Shown piece by piece: positions 35,401-48,257 of a DNA stretch of 64,000 bases. The position numbers and the translations under genes are program-made. Source of the DNA: Dimorphilus gyrociliatus (taxonomy: Eukaryota; Animalia; Annelida); the NCBI GenBank assembly GCA_904063045.1, contig CAJFCJ010000014.1, forward strand, positions 1,671,643 to 1,735,642. Direction: 5' to 3'. Within the stretch, counting starts at the first letter, position 1. Every line of letters starts with the position of its first letter. The notes beneath the pieces are model-generated. The model made no database searches, was not told the origin of the DNA, and worked only from the letters and a program-made list of their open reading frames with translations.

Positions 35401-38400
35401 GTTTTTGGCAGAACATAACGCTCAAATCCTTGTCGGCCCAATAGAACTATCTCAACATGTAGATGCGAATGGTAAATTTGCCTATATAACTCTTTCTAGT
35501 CCTGAATTGACAACGTCAAAAAGCAGAAATCTTTTGTTGCATTTTAAATGTACCTACATACCTTGTAACGCTCTATCTGAAAAGACTCTATTAAAAAGAA
35601 GAAAATCGAACGAATATCTCTTGTCATCAGCAAGTTCAAAAAATGATGTTAATGCTTTTGGTTGTGATATAATTAGTGAAATTGCAATTTCGGTCAGGAA
35701 ATATAAGAAGCTGGATGTGAAAGAGAAATCAGAACGATCATTGATGCTACGTAATAGGTGCTTCCTGGAAAAACTCGTACAATATATGTGTGAAAACGAC
35801 TGCAGTCGTTTAGAGCGAGAAAAATTGTTATGTTTGGACATCTTACAATGGAATGCTGGATTGCATTTTTATTCGAAGCTGGAGAACAGTGTTGTTTTGG
35901 ATGTGATTGTTGATAAAATCGATATTATTCTAAGGTCTTGTTTATTAAATGGATCACGATTGGAATCAGATAGAGTTTGCAAATTGTTAGTCCTCTGCTT
36001 TGATAAACAACGTTGCAAACGACATGAACCGCGCCTCTTAAAAGCTATATTGACTATGTTATCATCAATAGAGACTATTGTTTCGGCCAATGCTCTCTAT
36101 TCCGTATTCCTATTATTGGACCAAGTTAAAATGGCTGATGTTGCAACGGCTGGTGAACAATGTATTCAAGTATTAAACAGAATAGCTAAATTATACACTG
36201 AAAGAGATAGTGAAATGTATGCTCTTTTAAGATCTAAATTTGACCTGTATGGAAGACCTTTTGATCCCCTGATATTTCATTTTCAATTGAACCAATCGAA
36301 AGTTTGGAGTAAAAGTGTTCCTGTTACCTATTCATCTGCTGTAAGCCAAACCACCTCTTCAACCGCTGCAAATATAACTAACAGCACAGCAGAATCAGGA
36401 GAAAAAGCTCAACAAGTTTATGACTGGCACTCAGAATTTCAGGGATATTCAAGCTATGATAAAAAGAAAAGAGTTTTTTCGCCCTTTGGATTGTTGGAAG
36501 TTGAACCATTGCATTTAACTACCCACTCAGCCAGTGAAGGCATGAGAATGGAGGGAGCTGACTATACGCCCAGTGTTGCCCCTGATCCTGTAGTAAGCGG
36601 TTGGACTAGTTACGGCACCAAAGGCGGAGCTGAATCAAAACTGCCACTAGCTGGTATTTTTGTCTCTCATTCAAAACATTTATTATCAAGTATGCCTGCT
36701 ACACCGAAAACTACCCCTCAAACTGTTACGCCACAGGGTATGACACCATCTGCCTCACCTCCAGATAATTTTCAGTATCTGTCAGGTGCTCATTCTCCTT
36801 TTATTTCCAAAGGAGCTCAATCTAAAAGTGACCAGAATCAGACATCTATTCCTTCACCAGCAATCGGAGGAACATTAACACTACCACCAGCTCAATTACT
36901 ACTTGTTGATGGTATGCACTCAGGAGCAAGAAGATACATTACTCTGGACGCAGGAAGAAGTATTATGCTAACTGATATAGTAATTCCAACTTTACCAACA
37001 AATGTAGCCAGTTTGGCTATTGATGTTTGGGATGAAAGTGAAGAAAGTAATTCACAAAGAATATTGTTTAGCACTGACGTTTCACAAAGACCAGTCCATC
37101 TTTCATGCTTATCTCCCCCTCCAATATGTCGATACATAAAGTTGACAGCCACTGGTGGACACGGATGCTGTACCACTCGAACTGTTCTACCTTTGGGACA
37201 TTTCTTCGGATATTCGATAATTGAAAATGAAACTGTTGCTATGCACAGGCTCAATTCTTTAGTGTCTCATTACGAAGATGTTCACTGCAAGTATAGCTTA
37301 GCCTGTCACAAATTATCGTCAAATTTGCATTCCTTGTCTGGCATTGATGAGTCTGAAAAAGATAAAAAAGCAGTAAAAATATTGAAAGATTCTTATTATA
37401 CTTGTCTTCAGCTACAACTGCAATTGAGTTTCATCCATAGATCTATGAATCGATTTCGTAGATTGCTGGGCCAAAACTGTGAAGAAGAAGAAATACCCAC
37501 TGATAAGCTAATGGTTATCTCAGAATGTTTGTTGTCTACTTTACTGTGCTTGACCGTTTGTTCTTCGGGTACAGCTGATACAAATGCTATTGGAAATGCA
37601 CTAACCCCCAGTGTTTGCCATAATCTGTTACAATCTCTCTGTGTTAAAGGAACTCCGAAAATGCAAGTTTTAACGGGAATTTTCCTCGTAAGGGTTCACG
37701 GAACTCAAAGTTGGTGGGGTACTTTTGTGGGAAACAGTATATGCGACTTGTTCGCGTATCCCAATTGTAATTTTATACCCAAACAGAGATTACTTTCATT
37801 ATTTACAATTCTTGGACATAAAACAATATGCAGTGCTTCAAAAGCAAGAAATTATTTGGAAAGTCTTCTTACTTTATTATCTAGATTCCTAATGCCTCTC
37901 CTTGAAGTCTTGGCCCAGAATGGAACTGACGAAGACATTGCATTAGCAACCAGCAAATTAGATCTAGAACTGCTTACATGGATTCTTTTATTTTTATCCA
38001 AGAATTTAGAAGTAGTATCAAGTCAGAATGAAGAAAAAACAAATATGAGATCTCGTTGGTGCTTTCTTCAAAGCGATGTAAAAGCAGGACACGACAGTGC
38101 TTCAGGTGGGCCTTATAGTAGTTCTCAATGCGAAAAACTCTATAAAAGAAAATTACATAAGAGATTGCTGCACCATAAGCAACAATTATTGGAATTGCAG
38201 TCGGTCAAGTTGAACAAATTACAAAACTTAGCTGCAAATGCTATAGAGGCTCAGCAAATAAGCAAAGAAGCGGAAAAACTTGCGAAAAAAGAGCAGCAAA
38301 TAATTAGTAAAACATTAAAGCAATACGAATCCAAAACTTTCAAAGACGCCCTATTAGCCCGTCGTAAATTGGATGAACAGATGAGGAAGCGATTTCCCCC

Positions 38401-41400
38401 TGAATCTCGCTCCCATGCCTCTCATATGGCTATAAATTTGAGTTCTGTTGTTGATATTGAAAAAGAAAAATGTATACCTGTTGTTAAAGGTCTAGTCGGG
38501 CTACTTTTGACTATTGATGTATCTTCAAACGTTCATTTGTTGCTTGTTCTCTGCAAATTAATTGCCAAGATATCTCATTTGCCGAAACCAAGTATTAACT
38601 TATCAGAAGCTTTAACACCATCGCAATTGAAAAACCTTATGCTGTTACAATCAGAATGCGATAGCAAACATCTTTCGGGGCCATGGACATCTCATGCTGT
38701 TAACTCATTACTATATGATTTGGTACAACAGCAGAGTGATTCGTCTTCGCCAATTAACTTTACAGGAGAAGCCGCCATTCCAGGAGTTTCCGGTGCTTCA
38801 GGGAGCAACAACAGTAATAATGCTACTGCAAGCACAAGTTCAGGTGCTTGTGGTGGAGCGACGGCCAGTGCTATCTCCAATGTCAATTCAAGTTCTAACC
38901 TTAATGCAAGTGGAAGCGGCTTATCATCTTTTGCATCGTCTTCTAGTAAAGTTGAACAAATGGATTTATCTTTTTCTGATGAAGATTTGCCTATAGCGGA
39001 ACAAAGTAGCGACAAGGACGGAAACCCTGATTCCTCAAGTGACGATACCGTCATGAATAATCTTCCTGATTTAAGTATTGTTGGAGCTCCAATTACGATT
39101 ATTTCTGATCCTCAAGTTGAGCACATGAATGAACCAAATAATATTTTTCAATCATCAGTCCTTGATGTTTTGCTAAATGATCATATCAAGAAATCATCAA
39201 ATTTGTCGAAACATTCTAATAGTAGTAATAATAGCAACAACAGCGAATCGACGAATATTTCAATGGCCATCGACTCTAGAACTCAAGTTGGATTACAAAT
39301 TTTAGCAGATTTGAAAATAAGAATGACCGCTTCAAACCTGCAGGATAGCTTACATTCATCTTTCGTATCAACTTTACCATTATCTAGTAATTATGGTCAT
39401 TCATTGCATAGTTGTTTGAAACCATCTGTTGAAGATGAGAGGAGACAGACAGAAATAGTCCGTATTCTAAATATGAAATCATCAACAAATGAAGAATTGA
39501 TATATACAGCTTTAGACGACCTTGTATATTTATTTAAAGAAGGAAAGTTAAATATAGATACTCTTTTGAACATGTGGTCCTCGCTTGCAAGCATTTTGAA
39601 TTCTCCTATACTACGAAAGAACATGCCGGTTGTCATCTTGATGCGAATTGCTGATAATTTGCTTACAATACTCTCTTCCCAACATTTCCTAAATGTTACC
39701 ACTAGCGTTCTGGCTTTAAACATATTAAGTAAGTTATGCGTATCCGAAATCGTTGCAACAAATTTGTCATCCAAGGACGAGATATTTCGCTTGCTAAAGT
39801 CTTTATTAACGGACATGAACACTGAATTAGCAGGTCCGGGAGTTTGCACCGCTTTATCTAAATTTTTAGCTGATTTACAAAAAGGAAAACTCTGCTTGGA
39901 AATCATGTTCAAGTTGGCTACAGATATATGTCAGGTATGGCCCAGAGGTCCAATCGATTTACAGCATTCCTTCCTGACTTTCCTCTCTAAGATTGTGACT
40001 GGAAAAAACAGCAAAATATCTCAAAACTTGGCTTTGCAATACGTTCAATGCGTATCTACCTTGATTTCAATTGGAATAAATACTGGTAATGTCAGCTGTC
40101 AGACAAGTATTGATTCCAATAGAACGTCCTGTCTAGAAAGCATCTTTCAAGAAGATCAGAAAGAAGAGAAAATATTTGTCAATAGACCAACTCTCTTGGC
40201 ATTAGTAATTAGAATATGTGCCCATCTCGTCCCTTATGTAATCAACAATATAGAAATGAATGTTCAATATAAATTTTTATCAGCTTTGAACGACTGCTCG
40301 TCTAATACACTGGCTATGCTGATGTGCGCAGCTGGTAGACCACCTCCTCAAATTATAAATCGAACTCCAAGCAATGCTTATGATGAAATGTTTTCTTTTC
40401 TTCTCAGTATTCACAAACAAGAGACAGGTCGAGAAGTCGGTATTCAAGCTATAGCCAAAATACTGGCAGATGCAACTAAATTATCTCAAGCTGTACTATG
40501 GTTATGTCTTACTGTTCTAGATGAAAAGAAAAAGCTAGCAATATTCTTACGTTTAGGAGGAGTTATTGCTGTATGCCGCCAACTTATTAATAGTTCAAAA
40601 TTTTCGTTGTGCTCTTGGCCTTTAGTCTTAACAGAAATGTTAGAGGAAGATCAACTTATGACTGGTCCTAGCACAAAGCTTAAGGAAGAAGAAGATGGTC
40701 TTAAAAATTTAGCACCTTTATGTCGCATCACCAGCTCAAGTAAAAACAATGCTGAGGCTCTTCTCTTATCAAACCCACCACATAGGAGAGCCAGATCTGC
40801 CACTTGGACTTATCACTTTTCACCTGGTGAAGTGTGGGTAGATCTAACCCTTCACCTTCCATTCGCGGCTCTTCTTTACCAAGTAAATATTGTGCCACAT
40901 GCTATTTCTTTATCAACAAGCCCTTATTTAGTCGCTTTGGAAACCGCAATGGATAGCAATAATGTCTTACCACTGTGTGAACCACTTCATACTGCAGGAA
41001 TGTCAACAATTAAACTTAAATTAGATTCTCCAACAGTAGTAACATCTGTCACTATACGATTACATAGACCACTTGATAACTCATCAATTGGCTTATCTCA
41101 AGTGCTCCTTCTTGGAACACCAGCCTTCTTGAAGATAAAAAGTGATATTACTGATGGTAGCAACAGAAAATCAGGTGCAGCTTGGTTGAAACTCTTACAT
41201 CATTGTTTAATTTCTTCATCTGAACTTAGTAACGACGTAATATCTTGCGTACAAGCATTTTCTACAGAAAATAGAAATTTTGTTCAGAGTTGCACTGCAT
41301 TGACTTTAAATAATTCCTGCGGCATTTACGGCGATGCTTTGGAAGAAGTTCTCGTGAAACTGGGAAGTTGCGAGGAAAGTTTAAGCAAAAGAGTTCTGGA

Positions 41401-44400
41401 ATGCATCCTAAATTTCACAGAATCGACAGAAATGAGCGTTGAAATATTTAAGAAACTTGCTGCTCGAGTTGATCAGTTTATGAGCGATCGATTAACTTAT
41501 ATTTTGGAATGGCTATCAAAAACAGCGGCAAACGTTGTTCATAATAGAGTAAAACCACCGGCGAATGGACATGTACAGGCCATTGGAAATGTCTTATGGA
41601 ACGTTGCGGACCAAGTAGATCGTTTCTCCGGGCTCCTGAATATAAATTTATTACAATCTTTATTTGAATGGGCTATGAAAACACACGACAGCTCAACCCG
41701 TTGTGCAATTGAAAGTGTTATCTGTTCAATTTGTATGTTGATACCTAGCCTTTTAAAACCATTAACTGAAAATTTATACAACATCGATCAACAAGCTCTA
41801 TCAATCCTTGCTTCTGCCTGTTCGTCTAAACGAGCAGTGGTTGCAATGTTGGAGGGAAACTTTTTACTAAGCTTAGTTCAAAAAGTTAGAGCGACTTTTG
41901 ATTCATCAAGCCAATTTGATTCTTTCCCCTCTCATTTACATGCTCCAGTTTTAAAATTTTTGGCTCGGGTGTCAACAGTATCCCATTTTCAAGATTTTCT
42001 TGGCAGTTTAGGGCAAGAATTTTGGAATGGGCTACTATTATCGGTCTGCACATGGAAGCACATGTCCGACTACGTATATAGGGAGAGCGTTCATACAGCC
42101 TGTATTGAATTAGTTCGAGCCGTTACTCTTTGCCATCGGGAGAATCAAAAACTTATAGCATCGTGCCTTTGTCATGTTTTACAAACGTCCCCGTCCGTTT
42201 CCGCCTTTCTCAGAAGAATTCTCCTTCAAGTATTATTGGAGTATGAAAAAATAACCATCAACATCCACGGAAATGTTCCTCTAACAAGTTCTCTCGGTTA
42301 TCCTGGATTACCGGCACACCCTAGGCACGCGCTTGGCTTAAAAGGACGTTGCTTATCAGCTGCAGTAAATTGCAAATTAGCCCAATTAATATCAGTGGAT
42401 ACATCGTCATCTGAAGTTGACGATGAATTTTCCCAAAATTCCGATGATCGGGAAGACGATCGAAGAAGAACGATTAACTATTTCTCATCTGTGCATGTGA
42501 CATCAGCTTGTAAAAGAGTAAAGAAGGCATCAAAGAACGATAGTAATTCAAAGCAGCAAGCTCTCAAAAAAGCCTTTAAATCTCCTATCGTGCTATATTT
42601 TACCCATTCGGCTCTTGGGGATTCAGTGAAAATTTCACCTCAAATGAAAGTGGGAACCTTGTTAGAACTTTTGAAAAACCACAAAAGAGATGAAAACGTG
42701 CTTGACTTAATGGCTCATGATGCAAAAGAAGGGACAGATTGTAAAGAAACACTAATTGAGTCTTGTGATAAGCTAGGCTCATCATCTATTCTACATGCAT
42801 TTGCGGATTCTGGTGGCTTGGCTCTTTTGGCAGATAGACTACCATTGCTACATTCTGTTGCTCAAACAGCATCTGCAGCTCAGCCAATGATTTCATCCTC
42901 CAGACCTAACATGGACGATTGGATTACTCTCGAAAGTGGCGATGATTTCTACGATGATTTGAATTTCATATCACAGACAATGCAGATAAATAATGTAGAA
43001 ACCACTCAAAAAACATCAAAGAGTGCAGCACAGGCTGCAAATGCGTCAGCTTTCCAACCAGCTCCCCCTCATTCACTTTTAATATTCGGTTTGTGTCTAC
43101 GGCTTCCGAAATATGCGGATGTGTTACTAAGAAGTAATAAAGAAAAAGCTGTCAGTCTCTTGAGATTGGCTTTGGGTGTTGCTGATGACGCGGCAGGCGT
43201 TCCCATAATAGGATCTGAAGCAGCCCAAGGTTTGGCTATTTTACCAATGGTCGTTCTCAATGATCTTTTGGAGTCTACCGAGGAAGATGGAATGAAGCTT
43301 CGACATAACATTGCAGATTTAGGAATTTTGCATGTTCTTTTGGCTGTTCTCGCAATTCTCAGCCATCAGAATCCCTTCGAACCCTCTATAAGCCATCCCC
43401 ACTCTCATCTGATAAATGTTGCAACACAATCGGCAAAAATGCTAACTACTACAACTAATAATAAAAAAGTTTCAGCATCCGAGACAGCAAAAAAGACAAC
43501 CGTGGGTACTGCTCAAGGTACTGCTGCGGGACAACAATACTGGGCCAAGGGAACAGGATTTGGAACAGGAAGCACAGCCAGCTCTTGGGATGCAGAGCAA
43601 GCTCTATTAAGGCAAAAAGCAGAAGAGGATCACGTGTCAGCTTTATTTCATGCCATTTCCTCATTCTTCAATAACAATGACTTGAGAAAAGATCGAAATT
43701 TTACTAATGATCTCTTCGAGTTGTTTAATTCCTCATGTTTAGTTTCTGCTTCTTGCTCTTATTTGAGAAACGACTCAGTTTTGGACATGTCCAGGCATGT
43801 TCCGCTGTATAAGGCGTTACTTCGATTGCTTCGATCAATCAGTTCAGTTCCAACCCTCGTACCTTTACTAACAACATCAACGTCAACATCAGATGCAAGT
43901 CTAAACTCTCTACTTACAAGTATGAAAAATTGTGTCGATACTTATTCATCTCGCTTGGCAACCAAAGTAACGGCTGGTATAGCAGAAGAAAAAGGAGAAT
44001 TATCTCAACTGATTCCAGACATTCAGAGAACAGCTAAAACTGTTGAAAGTGCCACCGAAGTTTTACAAAAAGATATTCAAATGACAGATGTCACAGATAG
44101 ACTGAATTGTGTTTCTGAAGAGCAAAGCTTAGAGGAAACTTATATGCAAACTATGAAAAGTCTGCAATTTGACACCTATAACATGGTTGTAACAGAAAGA
44201 ACTGGTCCACCAAAATTTGTCGTCAGTCACCATTACGCTAATAGCGTTAAAGTCGCAGGAGAGCCAACTGGCCAGAATGCCGCCTCGCGAGCGAGGCGGT
44301 TAGCTCAGGAAGCAGTCACTTTGTCAACTTCACTCCCACTTTCGGCATCCAGTTCAGTCTTTGTCAGATGCGATGAAGAAAGGTTGGATGTTATGAAAGT

Positions 44401-45031
44401 ATTAATAACAGGTCCTGATGGAACACCATATGCTAATGGATGCTTTGAATTTGATGTTTACTTCCCTTTGGATTACCCAACTGCTCCGCCTCATGTTCAT
44501 CTATGTACTACGGGAAACAGAAGCGTTCGATTCAATCCTAACTTATATAATGATGGAAAGGTTTGCTTATCTGTATTGAATACATGGCATGGAAGACCAG
44601 AAGAAAAATGGAACGCATCTACTTCAAGCCTACTTCAAGTTTTAGTCTCAATACAATCGCTAATTTTGGTTGCCGAACCATATTTTAATGAGCCTGGTTA
44701 CGAAAGATCTAAAGGTACTGTAAGTGGAGAGGCCAGTAGCCGAGAATATGACAGTAATATCCGTCAGGCAACAGTTAGGTGGGCAATGTTAGATATGCTG
44801 CAAAGACCACCAGCAGCATTCCGAAGCGTCATTAAAAAACATTTTTGGTTGAAGAGAAATCAGATAACCAAACAATTGGATGATTGGCTAAATGAGACAC
44901 AAGGGCTTTCCAACGATAGAAGAAGCACAAGAGCAATAGCTCATAGTCTAGCATCATTAAAAGTTCATGCAGCGCAAGTTAAAGAAGAACTACGAAACAT
45001 GAAATGCCCGGACGATGATGGTTCGGTATAA
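32424..45031 (+). CDS. BIRC6: Baculoviral IAP repeat-containing protein 6 (Bruce/Apollon), BIR + UBC, 6 exons, 4095 aa
   Basis: join(32424..32607,32682..32863,32927..33064,33128..33616,33682..33777,33833..45031) = 12288 nt. BIR domain: EEARRNTFTSWPH..AGFY..DRALCFTCNVCL..WE..DEPWSEHERHSPNCPF. C-terminal UBC: GPDGTPYANGCFEFD..NPNLYNDGKVCLSVLNTW. Confidence 0.98.
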
Positions 45032-45127
45032 GCTCTGCAGCAATTAACTTGTGTTAAGGAAAAAATTTTAAATTATATTTATATGTATTCGTTTTTCATT
45101 TACAATATAATATATATATGTATTTAC

Positions 45128-45154
45128 ATATATATATATATATATATATATATA
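45128..45154. repeat. (TA)n microsatellite
   Basis: Lies in the BIRC6 3' flank. Confidence 0.9.
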
Positions 45155-45502
45155 AATCTGTATGTAAAAAAATATCCGAAGTGTATATATATTTATATAC
45201 TTACATAAATATATATATGCCTGAAAGTGGGTATGTGTGTGCTTAAAATTTACTTATTATAGTGTATATCGTACTTTGAAAATTTCTGTTACTCTATTTT
45301 GAATTAAAATTCGCTTACGGCTTATTTCGGACATAATGATGACTCATGAATATCTTCACTACATTTTTCAGTGAACTTTTAGGTAATATTTCGTAAAGAA
45401 ATAGGCCTATTCGTTGTGGCCTATTTTAATCGATATTGCTCTGTTAATCGAAATAGATCTATGCAGTTGCATTTCTTCAGTTAATCCTATATAGATGGTA
45501 GA

Positions 45503-47016
45503 ATGAACAATATAAACAAAGATTCCCGAAAACGGAGGTCTCTACCAGGACTTATCGAATTTATACTTGCTCTTTCTATGCTAGCTATGGGAGGCAGTCC
45601 TGTCCTAATTTCACAGTTCATTTACGAGTTAACATCAGAAAAATACAATTTCAATGATAATGGAGCTAGTGCTTGTTCTAATGATACAAACAGTACTACT
45701 TTACAGGAAACTGTACAAACAGAATCATCCCATTTTATGATGTACATCAATATAGCTACAATGGCACCAAGTATACTTATGACAATATTTCTCGGAGCTT
45801 TCAGTGACATAAATGGTCGGAAAATATCAATTGTTATATCTATTTCTTGTGCAGGACTGGCTTTTTTTGCCTATGATATTTTTATATTTTTTAGAATTAG
45901 TAGGAAATATTTTGTTCTACCTGGACTGATCCAAGGGTTAGGTGGAGGTTGGATTGCTTTATATATGGCAACATTTTCTTATTTATCAGATACAACTAGC
46001 ATAGAGACGCGATCCTTTAGAGTAACTTTAATGGAAGCTGCAGCGGGGGTAACCGTAACACTTTCTCAAATAATTATGGGATTAGCGATAAAGAAACTCG
46101 GTTATTTATACTCTTTTTTAATAATCCAAGGAATATTAGCGATTAGTTTAATAATTACCGTCGTTTTCTTGGAAGATGTTATCAGAGTTACTCCTAATGT
46201 CAAGCGGGGATTATTTTCATACATTAAAGCAACGTTTCATGTCTACACGAAGCCATCAGAGTGTGGTAGACGGTGGAGATTATTGCTTATATTAGTGATA
46301 CTCTTTATGGTTGCCTTCGTTAATCTTGGTCGCATAGATGTTATAACCTATTTATTAAAAGACAGTCCATTTTGTTGGAAATCCGATTATATAGGATATT
46401 ATATGGGTACTTCAACTTGCATGACATATACTAGCAGTTTGATTTTTACTAAATTAACCGGGAAGATCTTTGGAGATAAAGGATTAATGATGATAGGAGC
46501 AATATCTGGTATAGCAAGCAATTTGCTTTTAGGATTCGCTCAATCATTATCACTTCTTATCGCTGGTGAGTTGTATATGTATTTTTTCTAGCCTATACCT
46601 TTATGTTATGCTGTATTAATTTATCTAGGACTCTTTGCGAATATATTCACCTCCTTAGTAATACCAATGGTACGCTCGATAGGCTCAAAGCTAGTATCTT
46701 CTGACGAGAAAGGTGCTATGTTTGCAGGTATTGCATGCATTGAAACTATTTCCACCCTTTCAGGGTTAGTGAGTATGGATGCAATATATATGGTAACTGT
46801 AAACATATTTAAACCGACGGCTTTCATCGTTTGCTCCGGAATATTGTCCATTTGTTTATTTACTATCTGGTCAGTATCCTAATTCTAAGAAATTCTTAGA
46901 CTATTATTATTAATTATCAATAAGTTCCTTGAACTTAATTTGACTATTTTACCTTCTTTAGCGGCTATATTTGGAGAGAGAAAAGGCTTAGTAGATTGGA
47001 GCCTCAACCTCTTTGA
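45503..47016 (+). CDS. SLC46 family (proton-coupled folate transporter-like) MFS transporter, about 452 aa
   Basis: join(45503..46565,46629..46869,46962..47016) = 1359 nt. Motifs: GAFSDINGRK, FSYLSDTTSIETRSFR, CW..DYIGY, RSIGSKLVSSDEKGAMF. The last intron is less certain; an unspliced form stops at 46882. Confidence 0.9.
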
Positions 47017-48257
47017 AAGACATCTATTAATGTAGAAAAAAGGATGCTTTTTGATTGCCTCTTTGCCCTTTACAAACACTCTGCTTTATCAACTCAAAAC
47101 GGAATGGGAATGCTGAAAGAAAACTGATTTTTAATATAAAAAAACAGGCAATGTGCTATATATACATAAAGTTATATGCACACAATGTACAGCGCATACA
47201 CACTGTATGTAGAGGATTTACTGTATATATTGCATATGTACTTATCGATCGGATGTTTATTTATGCAAGTATTTTTTTTTTAAATATTTTTTGATCTCAT
47301 TTAAAAACTGAATGTAAACTGATCAAAGGTCATGGACACATAAACAATTGATAATATCACTTGATATATTTGTATAGATTAATAAATATTTACGTTATGC
47401 ATAGTTCTATTTATTTGTTTACACATTCAATTTTAAACGATAAATTGAGAAAAAAAAGAAATACAGACTTGATTTGTTAAAATGCTGTTAAATAGTTAGT
47501 TATTAACCCTAATTAAGAAAGACTCTTTTCGAAGACTAAATTAAATTGAAAAAGCTCCAAAACAACTACAGGATTGCATAAAATCTATGTCCCCTCTAGG
47601 CCTATTATTGATTGCATTTACGCCTATGCCTCTCCGCATCTATCTTTGTTAATGGTTTTTTTTTATAGGAAATATCTCATTCTGCTTTAGGCCTAGAAGT
47701 TTAAGTTATTCATGAACTAGCAACAATTTTCACCGGGGATACTAGTTAACTGTTCAATAGTTCATATGTACATTCCATAATATTAAATCAAAGGTAACAA
47801 CATGAATTGAAGTTATAAATAAAGATATAACAAATGCATGATATTTTAAATATATAACATTCAATGTTATTATATAAAAAAAAACCCATAAAAACGATGT
47901 TAAAAATTAAAATTTCCAGCTTAAAAAGTCAATTTCCTTTTCCGACTATTTTTTTCATTTTCCAATTAAGTTATTGCGCTTTTAACAGGTAATTTGCATT
48001 AGATTAAACTTTTAATATATAAACAGCACATCTATATTTAAATTATTCACTTAAAAAGAAGTCGTTAATTTGTGTGAAAACATTGTGCTGTGTGTGTGTG
48101 CTAAATTGGCGAAATACGGAACTATTTTCTCAATGCGGAAGAATATAGAACAAAGGTGTTGTTTGGTTAAGGGAAATTAAAGAACGAGCAGGAAAACGAA
48201 TCGCATTCTTAACTAGATCAGTGATGACAATTGATCGAGTTTACTGAAACGTTTGCA

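Noticed and set aside
34561-43664. Antisense and alternate-frame ORFs inside BIRC6 (34561..35019, 36892..37254, 39397..39912 and others)
   Set aside because: Shadow ORFs of a long coding exon; no independent motifs or splice structure.
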